A DNA stretch of 64,000 bases, from positions 49,981-113,980 of IMG/VR virus record IMGVR_UViG_3300042896_000657; one strand, given 5' to 3'. The notes beneath the pieces are model-generated. The model had not been told where the DNA came from, made no database searches, and was given only the letters and a program-made list of their open reading frames with translations. The first letter of the stretch is position 1, and every line of letters begins with the position of its first letter. This stretch comes from a virus. Positions 44,547-55,231 of this stretch are shown piece after piece. The translations under genes were made by a program, and so were the position numbers.

Positions 44547-44717
44547 ATGAACAAGCAAACACTTTCAAAATTAATCGAAATCACATTAGCAGACACTAAT
44601 GAGTTATTTAAAAACAAAACCGAATCAGAGGCTTATATAATTGGATACCTCCAAGGTACACTAAAAACGATTCAAAAAGAATTAAATGAAGGTTTATTTT
44701 ACGGTATAGAAAAATAA
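44547..44717 (+). CDS. early hypothetical protein (56 aa)
   Basis: Own promoter cassette. Confidence 0.65.
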   Translation: MNKQTLSKLIEITLADTNELFKNKTESEAYIIGYLQGTLKTIQKELNEGLFYGIEK

Positions 44718-44720
44718 GAT

Positions 44721-45008
44721 ATGACAAAGACAGAACGCAACAAAACAATCAACAAATTAGTCTACAAATATGCTGAATCATTAGGCTATGAGGTGGATAT
44801 GAGTGAGATAGATGTTAATTTCATCCCCGAATCAGGTAATATGGATGATTGTATTGAATATAGAAGATCATCACACTCAGTGGCTGCCTATAATTGGGCA
44901 TGTGCAAAAACATTGAATGATGAAAAGTTGATTGAGGATTATATTGATGATGTGAGTGTGTTAAGTGATGATGAATTAGCTGATCAAATGCGTGCTGTAC
45001 AAAAATAG
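44721..45008 (+). CDS. early hypothetical protein
   Basis: GATATG start. Confidence 0.72.
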   Translation: MTKTERNKTINKLVYKYAESLGYEVDMSEIDVNFIPESGNMDDCIEYRRSSHSVAAYNWACAKTLNDEKLIEDYIDDVSVLSDDELADQMRAVQK

Positions 45009-45009
45009 G

Positions 45010-45310
45010 CGCATCGTACAAAAAAGGTGCGATTTGTAAAAAAGGAGTCATCGCTAGCGGCCCGCTAATGGGTCGCGTGCGTTCCTCTCCCATGGCAATT
45101 GCGGTCCATCGATGGTGCGCGTGTTTGTAAAAAACACCAGGTGTATTCTCAACGCAACAACAACCTCCAACCATCGACAGTATATACGCATATACCTCCA
45201 TAAATCAAATCCAAATTTCAAAATAACCCCTTTTGGACCACTTTGCGCAATCCGCAATTCAAACTCTTGAACGATTTTTTTGTCTAAAAACAAGTATATA
45301 CGAAAAATGT
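45010..45310. other. GC-richer non-coding island
   Basis: No credible ORF; two GTATATAC palindromes. Confidence 0.6.
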
Positions 45311-45385
45311 GGCTTGGTCAAGATTTCTCTCGTATTTTTTATTAAAATTAAAATAATTTAAACATTTACAAACACATTTACAACT

Positions 45386-45601
45386 ATGAACAATCACAAA
45401 GAACACTACAAATTGAAACAAGATTATTATGGTAATGAGGATTACAGAAAACGAGCATTTTGGATATTAAATTCAGATAACAAATATTCATGTAATTTTG
45501 TGTTTTTTCAAGACCTTAAAGAATGGGTTGAATGGAAAAGAGATGAAGGACACACCGTAGAAATTAAATATGCAGAAGGACATAAAAATATAATAACTTA
45601 A
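45386..45601 (+). CDS. hypothetical protein
   Basis: ORF. Confidence 0.65.
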   Translation: MNNHKEHYKLKQDYYGNEDYRKRAFWILNSDNKYSCNFVFFQDLKEWVEWKRDEGHTVEIKYAEGHKNIIT

Positions 45602-45612
45602 AAAATAAAAAT

Positions 45613-45876
45613 ATGAAAGCATTTAAAGATTTAGAATTCAAAAAATTACCCGACTTAAGTGGAATATATTGTCGCATTATATTTGAAAATGGATTTGGTG
45701 CAAGCATTGTAAAACACAAATTTTCATATGGTGGCGATAAAGGATTATATGAAATCGCAGTATTAGATGATATTAACGGTTCACCAATCTATTATACGTC
45801 AGTTACTGATGATGTGTTAGGACATCTTTCTGAAGATGAGGTTATGTTCCATTTAAATGAAATTGAAAATCTATAA
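45613..45876 (+). CDS. conserved phage protein (FENGFGAS...SYGG..GLYEIAVL)
   Basis: Recognisable phage family. Confidence 0.8.
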   Translation: MKAFKDLEFKKLPDLSGIYCRIIFENGFGASIVKHKFSYGGDKGLYEIAVLDDINGSPIYYTSVTDDVLGHLSEDEVMFHLNEIENL

Positions 45877-45881
45877 TAAAA

Positions 45882-46352
45882 ATGACAAAGCGAATATCTT
45901 TGGATGAGGCAAAACAAAACTTTTTGCCTAAACCCTCAAACATGCCATTAAATAAAGATACATTTTTTACATTAACTCCAGACCCACTAGATTCTGTTAC
46001 TAATATTATTAATTATTGGATTGAAAAATTCAGATTTGATGCTCACCTATCATTTAATGAGGGGTATATTTATATTTTAGAAAATAAAGGTATTCCTGGT
46101 GTATTAAAAATAGGATACACGGATAGATCTGTTCAAGATAGAGTAAAAGAAATTAATAGAGGAACAGGTGTTATTACTACGTGGTATATTGTTTCTTCTT
46201 TTCCCTGTAAATCTCCAAAACATATTGAGACAATTATTCATCAAAAATTAAAATCATTTAATATTAATAAAGAGGGATTTGGTATAAAACTACACGAAGC
46301 CGAGCATATTATTGAGCAAATAATAATTGAAAACAACGCTCAAATTAAATAG
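45882..46352 (+). CDS. T5orf172/GIY-YIG domain protein
   Basis: GYIYIL...LKIGYT...RVKEIN..TGV...E..IH. Confidence 0.82.
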   Translation: MTKRISLDEAKQNFLPKPSNMPLNKDTFFTLTPDPLDSVTNIINYWIEKFRFDAHLSFNEGYIYILENKGIPGVLKIGYTDRSVQDRVKEINRGTGVITTWYIVSSFPCKSPKHIETIIHQKLKSFNINKEGFGIKLHEAEHIIEQIIIENNAQIK

Positions 46353-46482
46353 CGCGTAATTATGTTGTGGACTTAAATTTAGTTGATTAAAACGTTGTAT
46401 GTACGTATATACGTATTGAAGTATGAGGGGTGTGGTAAATGGCAAATTGCATATATTTATTATTAACTAAAAACATAAAAAA

Positions 46483-46749
46483 ATGGATTTACCAAAAACA
46501 TATAACATTAAATTAGAGGATAAGGCTGCTTTTGTCAATAAGGCAGAGAAAATGGGAATGACAATTGATTCGTTTGATATTAAAGATAATAAAATAAACG
46601 ATACGTTTTCTATTACATTAAATACACCTCAAGATGTTGAGATTGTTAAAGCTGTGTTGAAGTCTTCACCTAAAATTAATGATGTTAATATTAGTGAAAT
46701 AATTAGTAAAGAAATTAAACAACAAATTCAAGAATATTTGGAGAAGTAG
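46483..46749 (+). CDS. hypothetical protein
   Basis: ORF after ATATTTAT motif. Confidence 0.7.
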   Translation: MDLPKTYNIKLEDKAAFVNKAEKMGMTIDSFDIKDNKINDTFSITLNTPQDVEIVKAVLKSSPKINDVNISEIISKEIKQQIQEYLEK

Positions 46750-46792
46750 GATATTTTTCGTAGCTTCTACCTAAATATAAAATAAATAATTT

Positions 46793-46996
46793 ATGAGGTA
46801 CAAAAATAACGTTTTAGATCAACTTGTTAGAGCAGAAGGAATATTAATGAGAATTAACTTAGAAGTAAGTAGAGGGATGTCTCAAAATACAACACTTAAG
46901 ACAATTGAGGATTTGAAAGAACAATTAGAATCAATTAGAGGGATGATCCAAATAGAACCCGATGATTTTGAACAACAATTCTCTCCAAACAGATAA
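46793..46996 (+). CDS. hypothetical protein
   Basis: ORF. Confidence 0.7.
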   Translation: MRYKNNVLDQLVRAEGILMRINLEVSRGMSQNTTLKTIEDLKEQLESIRGMIQIEPDDFEQQFSPNR

Positions 46997-47001
46997 TTAA
47001 T

Positions 47002-47265
47002 ATGGAAACGACATTATGGGTGTTATTAATTCATTTAATTGAGTTAGTGGCTTTAGGTGTGTTCTTTATTATTCGTAAAAATAATAAATTAGAACAAGCA
47101 GTTAATCAACAAAGACAATATATTGATACATTAAATATATTATTTGGGAATTTAACTGATTCTATGGGTAAAATTGATGAGAAAATTTGGGTTGAGGGGG
47201 ATGAAGAATTAAGTGAAGTATTTGAAAATATAAAACGCATCAATCAAACAATTAATTCATTATAA
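47002..47265 (+). CDS. TM + coiled-coil protein
   Basis: N-terminal TM. Confidence 0.7.
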   Translation: METTLWVLLIHLIELVALGVFFIIRKNNKLEQAVNQQRQYIDTLNILFGNLTDSMGKIDEKIWVEGDEELSEVFENIKRINQTINSL

Positions 47266-48233
47266 TGAGTATTTATTACGATGAGTTTGATCTGGATAGA
47301 TTTCTAGATGAAGAATTAGGTAAAGTACCTTTAACCAAAAAAGGTCAATTACGTAAACGTAAACCTAAAGAACCAAGAATATATTTTACTCAAGATACTG
47401 AGGATGCTATTATTAAGTATTTAATTACTGAAGATGATGTATTACGTAATCGCATATATAATGATCATATTAAATATGCGTTTTATAAATTATCTGAAAA
47501 CATAATACATACATTTAAATTCTACTATACTGATTCAGATACAATTGAGGAATTGAAACATGAAGTTATTACATTTTTATTAGAAAAATTACATTTATAT
47601 CATCATAGTAAAAATATAAATGATAAATTGAGAAAAATAATTATTGGAATATATAATGAAAAATATACCCTTGATTCATTCTTAGCATATACAGATAATT
47701 CTCCTGTAGTTTCTCAATCCCAAATTAATGATTTTATTAATATGTTAGATATTAGTGATAAGTGTAAAAGTGAATTATTAACCATCACTCCTCCAAAAGC
47801 ATATTCATATTTTGGTACTATTGCTAAACGCTATTTAATTATATATAATCAGAAAAATTATGATAAATTAAAGGAAAAAACAGGAATTGAGGAAATTGAT
47901 GAAGATCCAGTTATATTAAATGATATTATACGTAATGCGAAAGATGAGATTAATTCTTCGGATTTTATGGTATTATATGTTAAATATATAGATAAATATT
48001 TGTATACATTATTTACTAAAAAACAAGACTTAAAAACAGCAGATGCAATAATGGAATTATTTCGTAAACGTGAGTCATTAGAAATATTTAATAAAAAAGC
48101 ATTATACATTTATATTCGTGAAATCACGGATGCTTCAACTCCTCAAATTACTAAAGTTACTAAAAAACTTAAAACATTATATGTTAAATTATATAATGAA
48201 TACTATAAAAACGGATATATTTCGGGAATTTAA
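47265..48233 (+). CDS. late sigma factor, T4 gp55-like
   Basis: FYKLSENII..FKFYY and AYSYFGTIAKRYL resemble gp55 region 2. Confidence 0.65.
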   Translation: MSIYYDEFDLDRFLDEELGKVPLTKKGQLRKRKPKEPRIYFTQDTEDAIIKYLITEDDVLRNRIYNDHIKYAFYKLSENIIHTFKFYYTDSDTIEELKHEVITFLLEKLHLYHHSKNINDKLRKIIIGIYNEKYTLDSFLAYTDNSPVVSQSQINDFINMLDISDKCKSELLTITPPKAYSYFGTIAKRYLIIYNQKNYDKLKEKTGIEEIDEDPVILNDIIRNAKDEINSSDFMVLYVKYIDKYLYTLFTKKQDLKTADAIMELFRKRESLEIFNKKALYIYIREITDASTPQITKVTKKLKTLYVKLYNEYYKNGYISGI

Positions 48234-48256
48234 TATTTATGGTAAATATATAATTT

Positions 48257-48652
48257 ATGGCTACTAAATTTGATGATATAACTCTATTTGGCACTAAATC
48301 TCTAGCAGATTTATTTAAACAAATACATAAAAATAATAAAGATACAGATACCCAAATTAATGAATTAATTGAGGTTATAAAACCTATGATTACTAATGCT
48401 GGGTCTGTTGTTATGATTATGCCTACTGTTAAAGATTTAATTGATGTTAATGTTAGAAATAATGATCAATTAATAAAAATGGCAGGTATTGCCCAACGTG
48501 CTGCTTCTGTAAATATTGCTAATAGTGATAGTAGTTTTCTTCCTGATTTAGATGAAATTCAACATTTATTAGATGAACAAAATATTATTAAAGAAGAAAG
48601 TAATAAATTATTAGCTGAAACTAATAATATTCAGAAACAAATAGGGGAATAA
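48257..48652 (+). CDS. conserved helical protein
   Basis: ORF after ATATTTAT motif. Confidence 0.7.
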   Translation: MATKFDDITLFGTKSLADLFKQIHKNNKDTDTQINELIEVIKPMITNAGSVVMIMPTVKDLIDVNVRNNDQLIKMAGIAQRAASVNIANSDSSFLPDLDEIQHLLDEQNIIKEESNKLLAETNNIQKQIGE

Positions 48653-49821
48653 TGAAAATTAAAGAAAATCTTTCTTCTTATAATGCTGCTTTAGGAAGAA
48701 ATATTTCTATTCCTTTACAGACTCCTCAAATTGGGAAAGTATTTGCTGTAATTACTACAGAGAATACTCCTACAAAAGAATTATATGAACGTGAAGGAAA
48801 ATCAAATGGTATAGGAACTATATTTTATTTAGATTATATTGGATCTAAAGATACAGTTCTTAATGAAGTAAACCTATCATCTTGTTCTATAGCAAAACCA
48901 TATTATCCACATTTACAAGATTATCCATTAGTAGGAGAATTAGTTACTTTAGTTGATGCTCCAGCACCTGCCTCTCAAGAAGCACCAAATATTACTCAAA
49001 AATATTATACTGGTATTATTAATGTGTGGAATAATAATCAGCAAAATTCATTAAGTAATGATAGTTTAGGAGCTACATTTAATGAAAATGGGGAAATAAG
49101 AAAATTACTTGCTTTTGAAGGTGATAGAATATATCAAGGTAGAAAAGGTAATGGTATAAGATTTGGTAGTACTGTTAAAATGACTCCTATGTTAAATGAA
49201 TGGAGTAATACAGGAAACAATGGTGATCCTATTACTATATTAGTTAATGGTTATATAACAACCGATCAAAAACAAATTACACCTAATATAGAGGAAATAA
49301 ATAAGGAATTATCCTCAATTTATTTAACATCAACTCAACGTATACCCTTAATTCCTGATAGAAATGTTAATTTAAATCCTATAACTAATCCTAAAATAGT
49401 ATCTAGTTATTTTGGAGGATCTCAATTATTATTTAATTCAGATAGATTAGTATTAAATTCTAAAAAGGATGAAGTAATGATATTTGCTAAAACAAATGTT
49501 GAAATCAATACTAATAATACAATTAATTTAAATGCTGGTGAGAGAAACCATTTAAATTCTCCTAGAAATTTTATAGGAACTAAATCAGATGGAACACTTC
49601 CAGATGAACCTTTATTATTAGGAACTCAAACTATAAATTTATTAACTGATATTTTAGAAGCAGTTTCTAATTTTGGTAGTGAAGTATCATCTGTTATATC
49701 TGCTCCAGCTGGATCACCATTAATGGATTTAAACGCATCTGGGAATAAACTTTCAAATACTATTAATAATTTAATGGGAAAATTGAATAAAATAATTTCT
49801 AAACAAAATTATACATCATAA
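48652..49821 (+). CDS. baseplate hub/spike (gp5-like) protein
   Basis: YPLVGELV OB-fold, FEGD..QGR.GN.IRFGS, beta-repeat region. Confidence 0.65.
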   Translation: MKIKENLSSYNAALGRNISIPLQTPQIGKVFAVITTENTPTKELYEREGKSNGIGTIFYLDYIGSKDTVLNEVNLSSCSIAKPYYPHLQDYPLVGELVTLVDAPAPASQEAPNITQKYYTGIINVWNNNQQNSLSNDSLGATFNENGEIRKLLAFEGDRIYQGRKGNGIRFGSTVKMTPMLNEWSNTGNNGDPITILVNGYITTDQKQITPNIEEINKELSSIYLTSTQRIPLIPDRNVNLNPITNPKIVSSYFGGSQLLFNSDRLVLNSKKDEVMIFAKTNVEINTNNTINLNAGERNHLNSPRNFIGTKSDGTLPDEPLLLGTQTINLLTDILEAVSNFGSEVSSVISAPAGSPLMDLNASGNKLSNTINNLMGKLNKIISKQNYTS

Positions 49822-51104
49822 TGGCGGATAATAGAAACATATCATCATTAGTTAATACTAATACTTTAAATACATTATCTAGTGTAAATGCACCTAAATC
49901 ATTTGGTGATCAAATATCTAATAATAGTGAAAAAATAATAAATTCTTCTTTAGGTAAAAAACAACAATTACAATTTGATTTTGATAAATTAGTATCTGAT
50001 GAAATTGAAGAAAACGTAAAATATGCAAAAACATTAAATGATTTATTTAATCAATTTCAACCACCACCACCAACAAAAGCTACATTAACATTTGAACAAT
50101 ACGAACTAAAGAAAAAAGAAGCTGAAGTATTATATACTAAGAGAATTAATGAAATCAAACTTCAAAAAAATGAAATAGATAAACAAATTAAGGATATATC
50201 AAATGATCCATATAAAAATATAAAAAATAGTACTAAAAGAAGAGAAATAAGAAATAATAGAAAAATACAAAGAGCTAAAAATAAAGAAAATAAAGAAAAA
50301 AAAATATTATCTAAAAAAGTATTACAAAATTTATCTAAAACAATTGCTTCTTTAGTTTCATTACAAGCAACTAAACTTTTATTTAGTATAGTATTTAATA
50401 ATAAAAAACTTCAAGAGTTAATAGATGATACAAATAATATAATAGATAGTGCTACTACACAAGAGGCTATTAATAATGCTAGAGTAATTAGAAATTCTAC
50501 ATTAGCTATAATAATTAATAATGAAAGAAAATTAGATTCATTAAATAAAATAGTAGATAATGCTAATAGAGTTGTAACTATATTAAATATATCATTAACA
50601 GCTATAATATTATTATTTACAATTCCTAAACCTTTTGGATTAGGTCCTACAATGCCTACTCCTATAGCTAATAAAGTTAAAAAATTTCAAGATTTAGTAG
50701 TTGCTTTAAATATATTAATATCAATAATTAGAGGTATATTAGATAGTAAACTAAATGAACTAAATGATTTAAAATCTCAATTAAATCAACTAAATAATAT
50801 ATTAGATAATACATTAATAAATAATTTATCTAATGAACAATTACAATCATTTATTAATGAACAAAGAAATTTACAAAGTAAATTTGCAGAATATAAAGGA
50901 TTTAAATTAGAAATAAGAGAAGAAGAAACATTAGGAGCTCAACAAGCAGTAGTAGTAAGAAATAATATAAAACGTAAATATGCTGTAGCTTTAGATAAAG
51001 ATGGTGTACCAGTTTTAAAGAGTGATTTTTCTTTTACTTTAGATCCAGTAGATTTAATAGAACAATTAAAATTAATAATAGATAATAATAATTTACAAGC
51101 TTAA
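49821..51104 (+). CDS. coiled-coil virion-associated protein
   Basis: Long helical ORF in baseplate cluster. Confidence 0.65.
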   Translation: MADNRNISSLVNTNTLNTLSSVNAPKSFGDQISNNSEKIINSSLGKKQQLQFDFDKLVSDEIEENVKYAKTLNDLFNQFQPPPPTKATLTFEQYELKKKEAEVLYTKRINEIKLQKNEIDKQIKDISNDPYKNIKNSTKRREIRNNRKIQRAKNKENKEKKILSKKVLQNLSKTIASLVSLQATKLLFSIVFNNKKLQELIDDTNNIIDSATTQEAINNARVIRNSTLAIIINNERKLDSLNKIVDNANRVVTILNISLTAIILLFTIPKPFGLGPTMPTPIANKVKKFQDLVVALNILISIIRGILDSKLNELNDLKSQLNQLNNILDNTLINNLSNEQLQSFINEQRNLQSKFAEYKGFKLEIREEETLGAQQAVVVRNNIKRKYAVALDKDGVPVLKSDFSFTLDPVDLIEQLKLIIDNNNLQA

Positions 51105-51117
51105 AATATTTATATGT

Positions 51118-51450
51118 ATGAAAGTAGACTTATTTAAAAAATTAATTAAAGAAGCAGTTGCAGAAGCAGTTAGAGAAGAATTAACTCATATTTTTGAGCA
51201 ACAATCATCTCCTAAAATAAATCAAATTAAAGAAAATAAAACATTAAACTTTACGAGCAATGACGTAATGTCTGTTCGTACTAATTTAAGAGAAAAAATG
51301 GGTAGTATGTTTGGATTTGAAGAATCTCAACCTCAATCATCTACATTAAAAGTAGATGTTAATTCTGAAAATCCATATTTATCTTTTATTGCTGATGCTG
51401 CTAATAATATGACCCCTCAAGAAAGAGCAGGTCTAAAAAACTTAGGATAA
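51118..51450 (+). CDS. hypothetical protein (LIKEAVxE motif)
   Basis: ORF after ATATTTAT motif. Confidence 0.7.
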   Translation: MKVDLFKKLIKEAVAEAVREELTHIFEQQSSPKINQIKENKTLNFTSNDVMSVRTNLREKMGSMFGFEESQPQSSTLKVDVNSENPYLSFIADAANNMTPQERAGLKNLG

Positions 51451-51451
51451 G

Positions 51452-51871
51452 ATGCCAATACCTCAAGTAACACGTGTTAACCCACTAGATTTACAAAAAA
51501 ATATTGCAATTGGGATTTCACTACCTTTTGGTAGATTAGGTACTAATCAATTATTTAATAAAACATATAATACAAAAGATCAAATAAAATCAAACTTTAT
51601 TAATTTATTATTAACTAATAAAGGAGAAAGAATATTAAATCCTGAATTTGGATCTAGTTTAAAACAATTATTATTTGAAAATATCACCCCAATAACTGAA
51701 GAAAATATAAAAGATGCAATAATTTCATCTGCTAATATTTATCTACCAGAAATACAAGTTGTTAATATTATTTTAAATAATGAATATGATAGTAATACTA
51801 TTAATATTACTATTGATTATATATTAAGGATATCAGGAACAGCTGAACAAATAACAATATCATTCCAATAA
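51452..51871 (+). CDS. baseplate wedge subunit, gp25-like
   Basis: NLLLTNKGERILNPEFGS...LLFE. Confidence 0.9.
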   Translation: MPIPQVTRVNPLDLQKNIAIGISLPFGRLGTNQLFNKTYNTKDQIKSNFINLLLTNKGERILNPEFGSSLKQLLFENITPITEENIKDAIISSANIYLPEIQVVNIILNNEYDSNTINITIDYILRISGTAEQITISFQ

Positions 51872-51879
51872 TATAAAAG

Positions 51880-53706
51880 ATGTCAGATAATAATAATGTA
51901 TCATATTTAAATAAAACATTTAGTGATTTCAAGTCTAATCTTGTAAATTATGCTAAAACTTATTTTCCTACTACTTATAATGACTTTTCTGAAGCATCTC
52001 CTGGGAATATGTTTATTGAAATGGCATCATATGTTGGAGATGTAATGTCTTTTTATCTGGATACTCAAACACAAGAAAATTTTTTAATATACGCTAAAGA
52101 AAAAGAAAATTTATATGCATTATCATATGCTTTTGGATATAGACCTAAAGCATCATATGCATCATCAACAAATATAGATATATATCAATTAGTTCCTTCT
52201 ATAATTAGTGGTAGTAATACTAGTCCTGATTTTAATACTTATGGGTTAATTATTCCTATTAATACTTCATTAACTTCTAATAGTACTGGTACTAAATTTA
52301 TAACTACTGAAAAACTTGATTTTACAGATACTGGTTCTACAGAAATAACATTTATAGATGAAAATTTTTATCTATTTAAAAAATCAGTTCCTGCAATTTC
52401 TGCTGAAATAAAAACTACTAGTTTTACATTTACTTCACCTCAAAAATATCAAAATATATCAATTACTGATGATAATATATTACAAATATTAGATGTTTCT
52501 GGAAGTGATAGTAATAAATGGTATGAAGTACCATATTTAGCTCAATCTTCTATTTTTAATCCAGTTACTAATCCTTCATATAATACAGATCAAGTTCCGT
52601 ATTTATTAACTCTTCAACAAGTTCCAAGAAGATTTGTATCTAGAATAATATCTGATAATACTTTACAATTAGAATTTGGAGCAGGAATGACAAATTATGC
52701 AGATAATGTTATTATACCTACTCCAGATAATATTCAATTAGGATTAGTTCCTGGAATATCTGATTTAAGTGATAATTATAATAAAGCCTCAGTATTTTTT
52801 ACAAGACAATATGGTTTAGCACCTTCTAATACAACATTACAAGTTAGATATTTAGTTGGTGGTGGTATTACATCAAATGTTCCTTCTAATGATATTACTA
52901 TAATAGATACTTCAGGAATTTACTTTAAAAATCCATCAGGTCCTTTATCTGGATCAGTATTAAATAGTGTTGTTTCAACAAACCCAAATCCTTCTTCAGG
53001 AGGTAGAGGAGGAGATGAAATTGAAGAGATTAGAAATAATGCTTTATATTCGTATTCAACACAAAATAGAGCTGTAACTAAAGATGATTATATTGTAAGA
53101 GCACTATCATTACCATCAGATTATGGTAGTATATCAAAGGTTTATATTACTCAAGATTTTGAACGTTCTAATGTTTTAGAAACAGTTAGTTCAACTAAGA
53201 ATCCATTAGCTTTAGATTTATATATATTAGCATATAATTCAAATAAACAATTAGTTACATCAAGCGATACTTTAAAAAATAATTTAATAACATATCTAAA
53301 TCAATATAGAATGATTACAGATGCTATTAATATTAAAGATGCTTTTTATATTAATATAGGAATTAATTTTGATATAACTATACTATCAGGATATAATAAT
53401 CAAGATATTATAACAAATTGTATAACTTCTTTACAAAATTATTTTAATATTGAAAAATGGCAAATTAATCAACCTATTGTTATATCTGAAATATATTCTA
53501 CTTTACTAACTGTTAAAGGAGTACAATCTGTAATTAAGGTAGAAATAATAAATAAACAAGATAATACAGGAAATACTTATTCTCCATATGGATATGATAT
53601 TCCAGGTGCAACACGAAATAATAATATATATCCTTCTTTAGATCCATCAATTTTTGAAATAAGATATCCAAATACTGATATTCAAGGAAGAGTAGTAACA
53701 TATTAA
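51880..53706 (+). CDS. baseplate wedge subunit, gp6-like
   Basis: DFSEASPG.MFIEMASYVGD, SGGRGGDEIEEIR, QNRAVT.DDY. Confidence 0.9.
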   Translation: MSDNNNVSYLNKTFSDFKSNLVNYAKTYFPTTYNDFSEASPGNMFIEMASYVGDVMSFYLDTQTQENFLIYAKEKENLYALSYAFGYRPKASYASSTNIDIYQLVPSIISGSNTSPDFNTYGLIIPINTSLTSNSTGTKFITTEKLDFTDTGSTEITFIDENFYLFKKSVPAISAEIKTTSFTFTSPQKYQNISITDDNILQILDVSGSDSNKWYEVPYLAQSSIFNPVTNPSYNTDQVPYLLTLQQVPRRFVSRIISDNTLQLEFGAGMTNYADNVIIPTPDNIQLGLVPGISDLSDNYNKASVFFTRQYGLAPSNTTLQVRYLVGGGITSNVPSNDITIIDTSGIYFKNPSGPLSGSVLNSVVSTNPNPSSGGRGGDEIEEIRNNALYSYSTQNRAVTKDDYIVRALSLPSDYGSISKVYITQDFERSNVLETVSSTKNPLALDLYILAYNSNKQLVTSSDTLKNNLITYLNQYRMITDAINIKDAFYINIGINFDITILSGYNNQDIITNCITSLQNYFNIEKWQINQPIVISEIYSTLLTVKGVQSVIKVEIINKQDNTGNTYSPYGYDIPGATRNNNIYPSLDPSIFEIRYPNTDIQGRVVTY

Positions 53707-53728
53707 TTTTAATTTAAATAATATTTAG

Positions 53729-53757
53729 GAGCTTCAATTATAAAGATTGAAGCTTTC
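53729..53757 (+). terminator. terminator-like hairpin
   Basis: GAGCTTCAAT-tataaag-ATTGAAGCTT-TCT. Confidence 0.5.
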
Positions 53758-53788
53758 TATATTTATAATCATATATAAAATATAATAA

Positions 53789-54883
53789 ATGGCTGTATAT
53801 AAAATTTTTCCTGAAAAGAGTACTACATTATATTCATTTACTCCTATAAAAAATACAGGATTAGATGAAATATTAGAACTTAGTACTTTTTTATCTATAA
53901 ATAATACTAACGAAGTATCTAGAATATTAATTAAATTTCCATCTGACCAAATCACCGATATAATAACTAATCTTGTTAGTGGTTCAAACTACGACGCATA
54001 TATTAAGTTATATTTAGCTAACGCTTCATCTATACCAGTAAATTATACTATATATAGTCACCCCATATCTGGAAGTTGGGAAAAAGGAACAGGAAGATTA
54101 GGAAATGTTCCTGAAACAACAGATGGAGCTAGTTGGGATTTTAGAAATTATGATAGTGGTTCTCCTTGGTTTGGTGTTTCATTTCCAGCAAATACTACTG
54201 GTTCGTATAGTGGAAATAATACTGGAGGTGGATTATGGTATACTGCTTCTTCTTATGAATCAACTCAATCTTTTACTCCTGCATTAACTAAAGATATTGA
54301 ATTAAAAGTAAGTAATACTGTAAAAGCTTGGTTTACTTCTTCAATAAATAATGAAGGATTCATTATAAAACATTCTCCCTCATTAGAATTTACATCTCAA
54401 TCATATTTTGAAACTAAATATTTTTCAAATAATACTCATACTATATATCCTCCATGTTTAGAAATAAAATGGAATGACTATAATTTTTCATCTTCATTAA
54501 GTATAGCTAGTAATGATAAAATTGTAGCTACATTAGATAATAATAAAAACGAATATCAACAAGATTCAGTACAAAAATTTAGAATTAATGTAAGAGACCA
54601 ATATCCTACTAGGTCTTTCAGTACTTCTTCCGTATATTTAATTAATAAATTACTACCAGTACAATCATATTATTCAATAGTAGATTTAGATACTAAAGAA
54701 ATTATTATAGATTATGATACAATTTATACAAAAATAAGTGCTGATTCTATAGGTAATTATTTTAAAATTTATGTAAATGGATTAGAACCTGAAAGATATT
54801 ATCAAATATTAATAAAATCTATATTTACAAATGGAGAAACAATAATATTAGATAATAATTATTATTTTAAAGTTATAAGATAA
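53789..54883 (+). CDS. virion structural protein (DNRLRE-like domain)
   Basis: SRILIKF, W..GTG, GASW, P.LEI.W. Confidence 0.7.
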   Translation: MAVYKIFPEKSTTLYSFTPIKNTGLDEILELSTFLSINNTNEVSRILIKFPSDQITDIITNLVSGSNYDAYIKLYLANASSIPVNYTIYSHPISGSWEKGTGRLGNVPETTDGASWDFRNYDSGSPWFGVSFPANTTGSYSGNNTGGGLWYTASSYESTQSFTPALTKDIELKVSNTVKAWFTSSINNEGFIIKHSPSLEFTSQSYFETKYFSNNTHTIYPPCLEIKWNDYNFSSSLSIASNDKIVATLDNNKNEYQQDSVQKFRINVRDQYPTRSFSTSSVYLINKLLPVQSYYSIVDLDTKEIIIDYDTIYTKISADSIGNYFKIYVNGLEPERYYQILIKSIFTNGETIILDNNYYFKVIR

Positions 54884-55231
54884 ATGTCACAAATTCCTAT
54901 TCAAAGAACAGTATTTAATAAAAATAATTTTACTAAAGTAGTTGATACCCAATTTAGTCAATTAATTAATAATCAATCAGTAGAAGAAACACCATCCTTT
55001 ACTTTAAATGATTTTTTTCAATTATATGAAGATTTATTTGATCAAATTCCTAAAGAAGGGGATATTAATTCGCATCAATATATTTTACAAAAAGAAGCAG
55101 ATTATTTAGGTGTACAAATTGATAAAGATGATGTTCAATCATTATTAGATGAAATTACTTCATTAAGACAAGAAGTATTAGATTCACAAACAATTATAAA
55201 TGAATTAACAACTACTACTAATGGCCAATAA
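54884..55231 (+). CDS. virion-associated hypothetical protein
   Basis: ORF in structural cluster. Confidence 0.7.
   Translation: MSQIPIQRTVFNKNNFTKVVDTQFSQLINNQSVEETPSFTLNDFFQLYEDLFDQIPKEGDINSHQYILQKEADYLGVQIDKDDVQSLLDEITSLRQEVLDSQTIINELTTTTNGQ

Noticed and set aside
44821-45293. Minus-strand ORFs across the right non-coding island (also 37424-37639)
   Set aside because: Atypical composition, no leader signals, and against the uniform plus-strand orientation.
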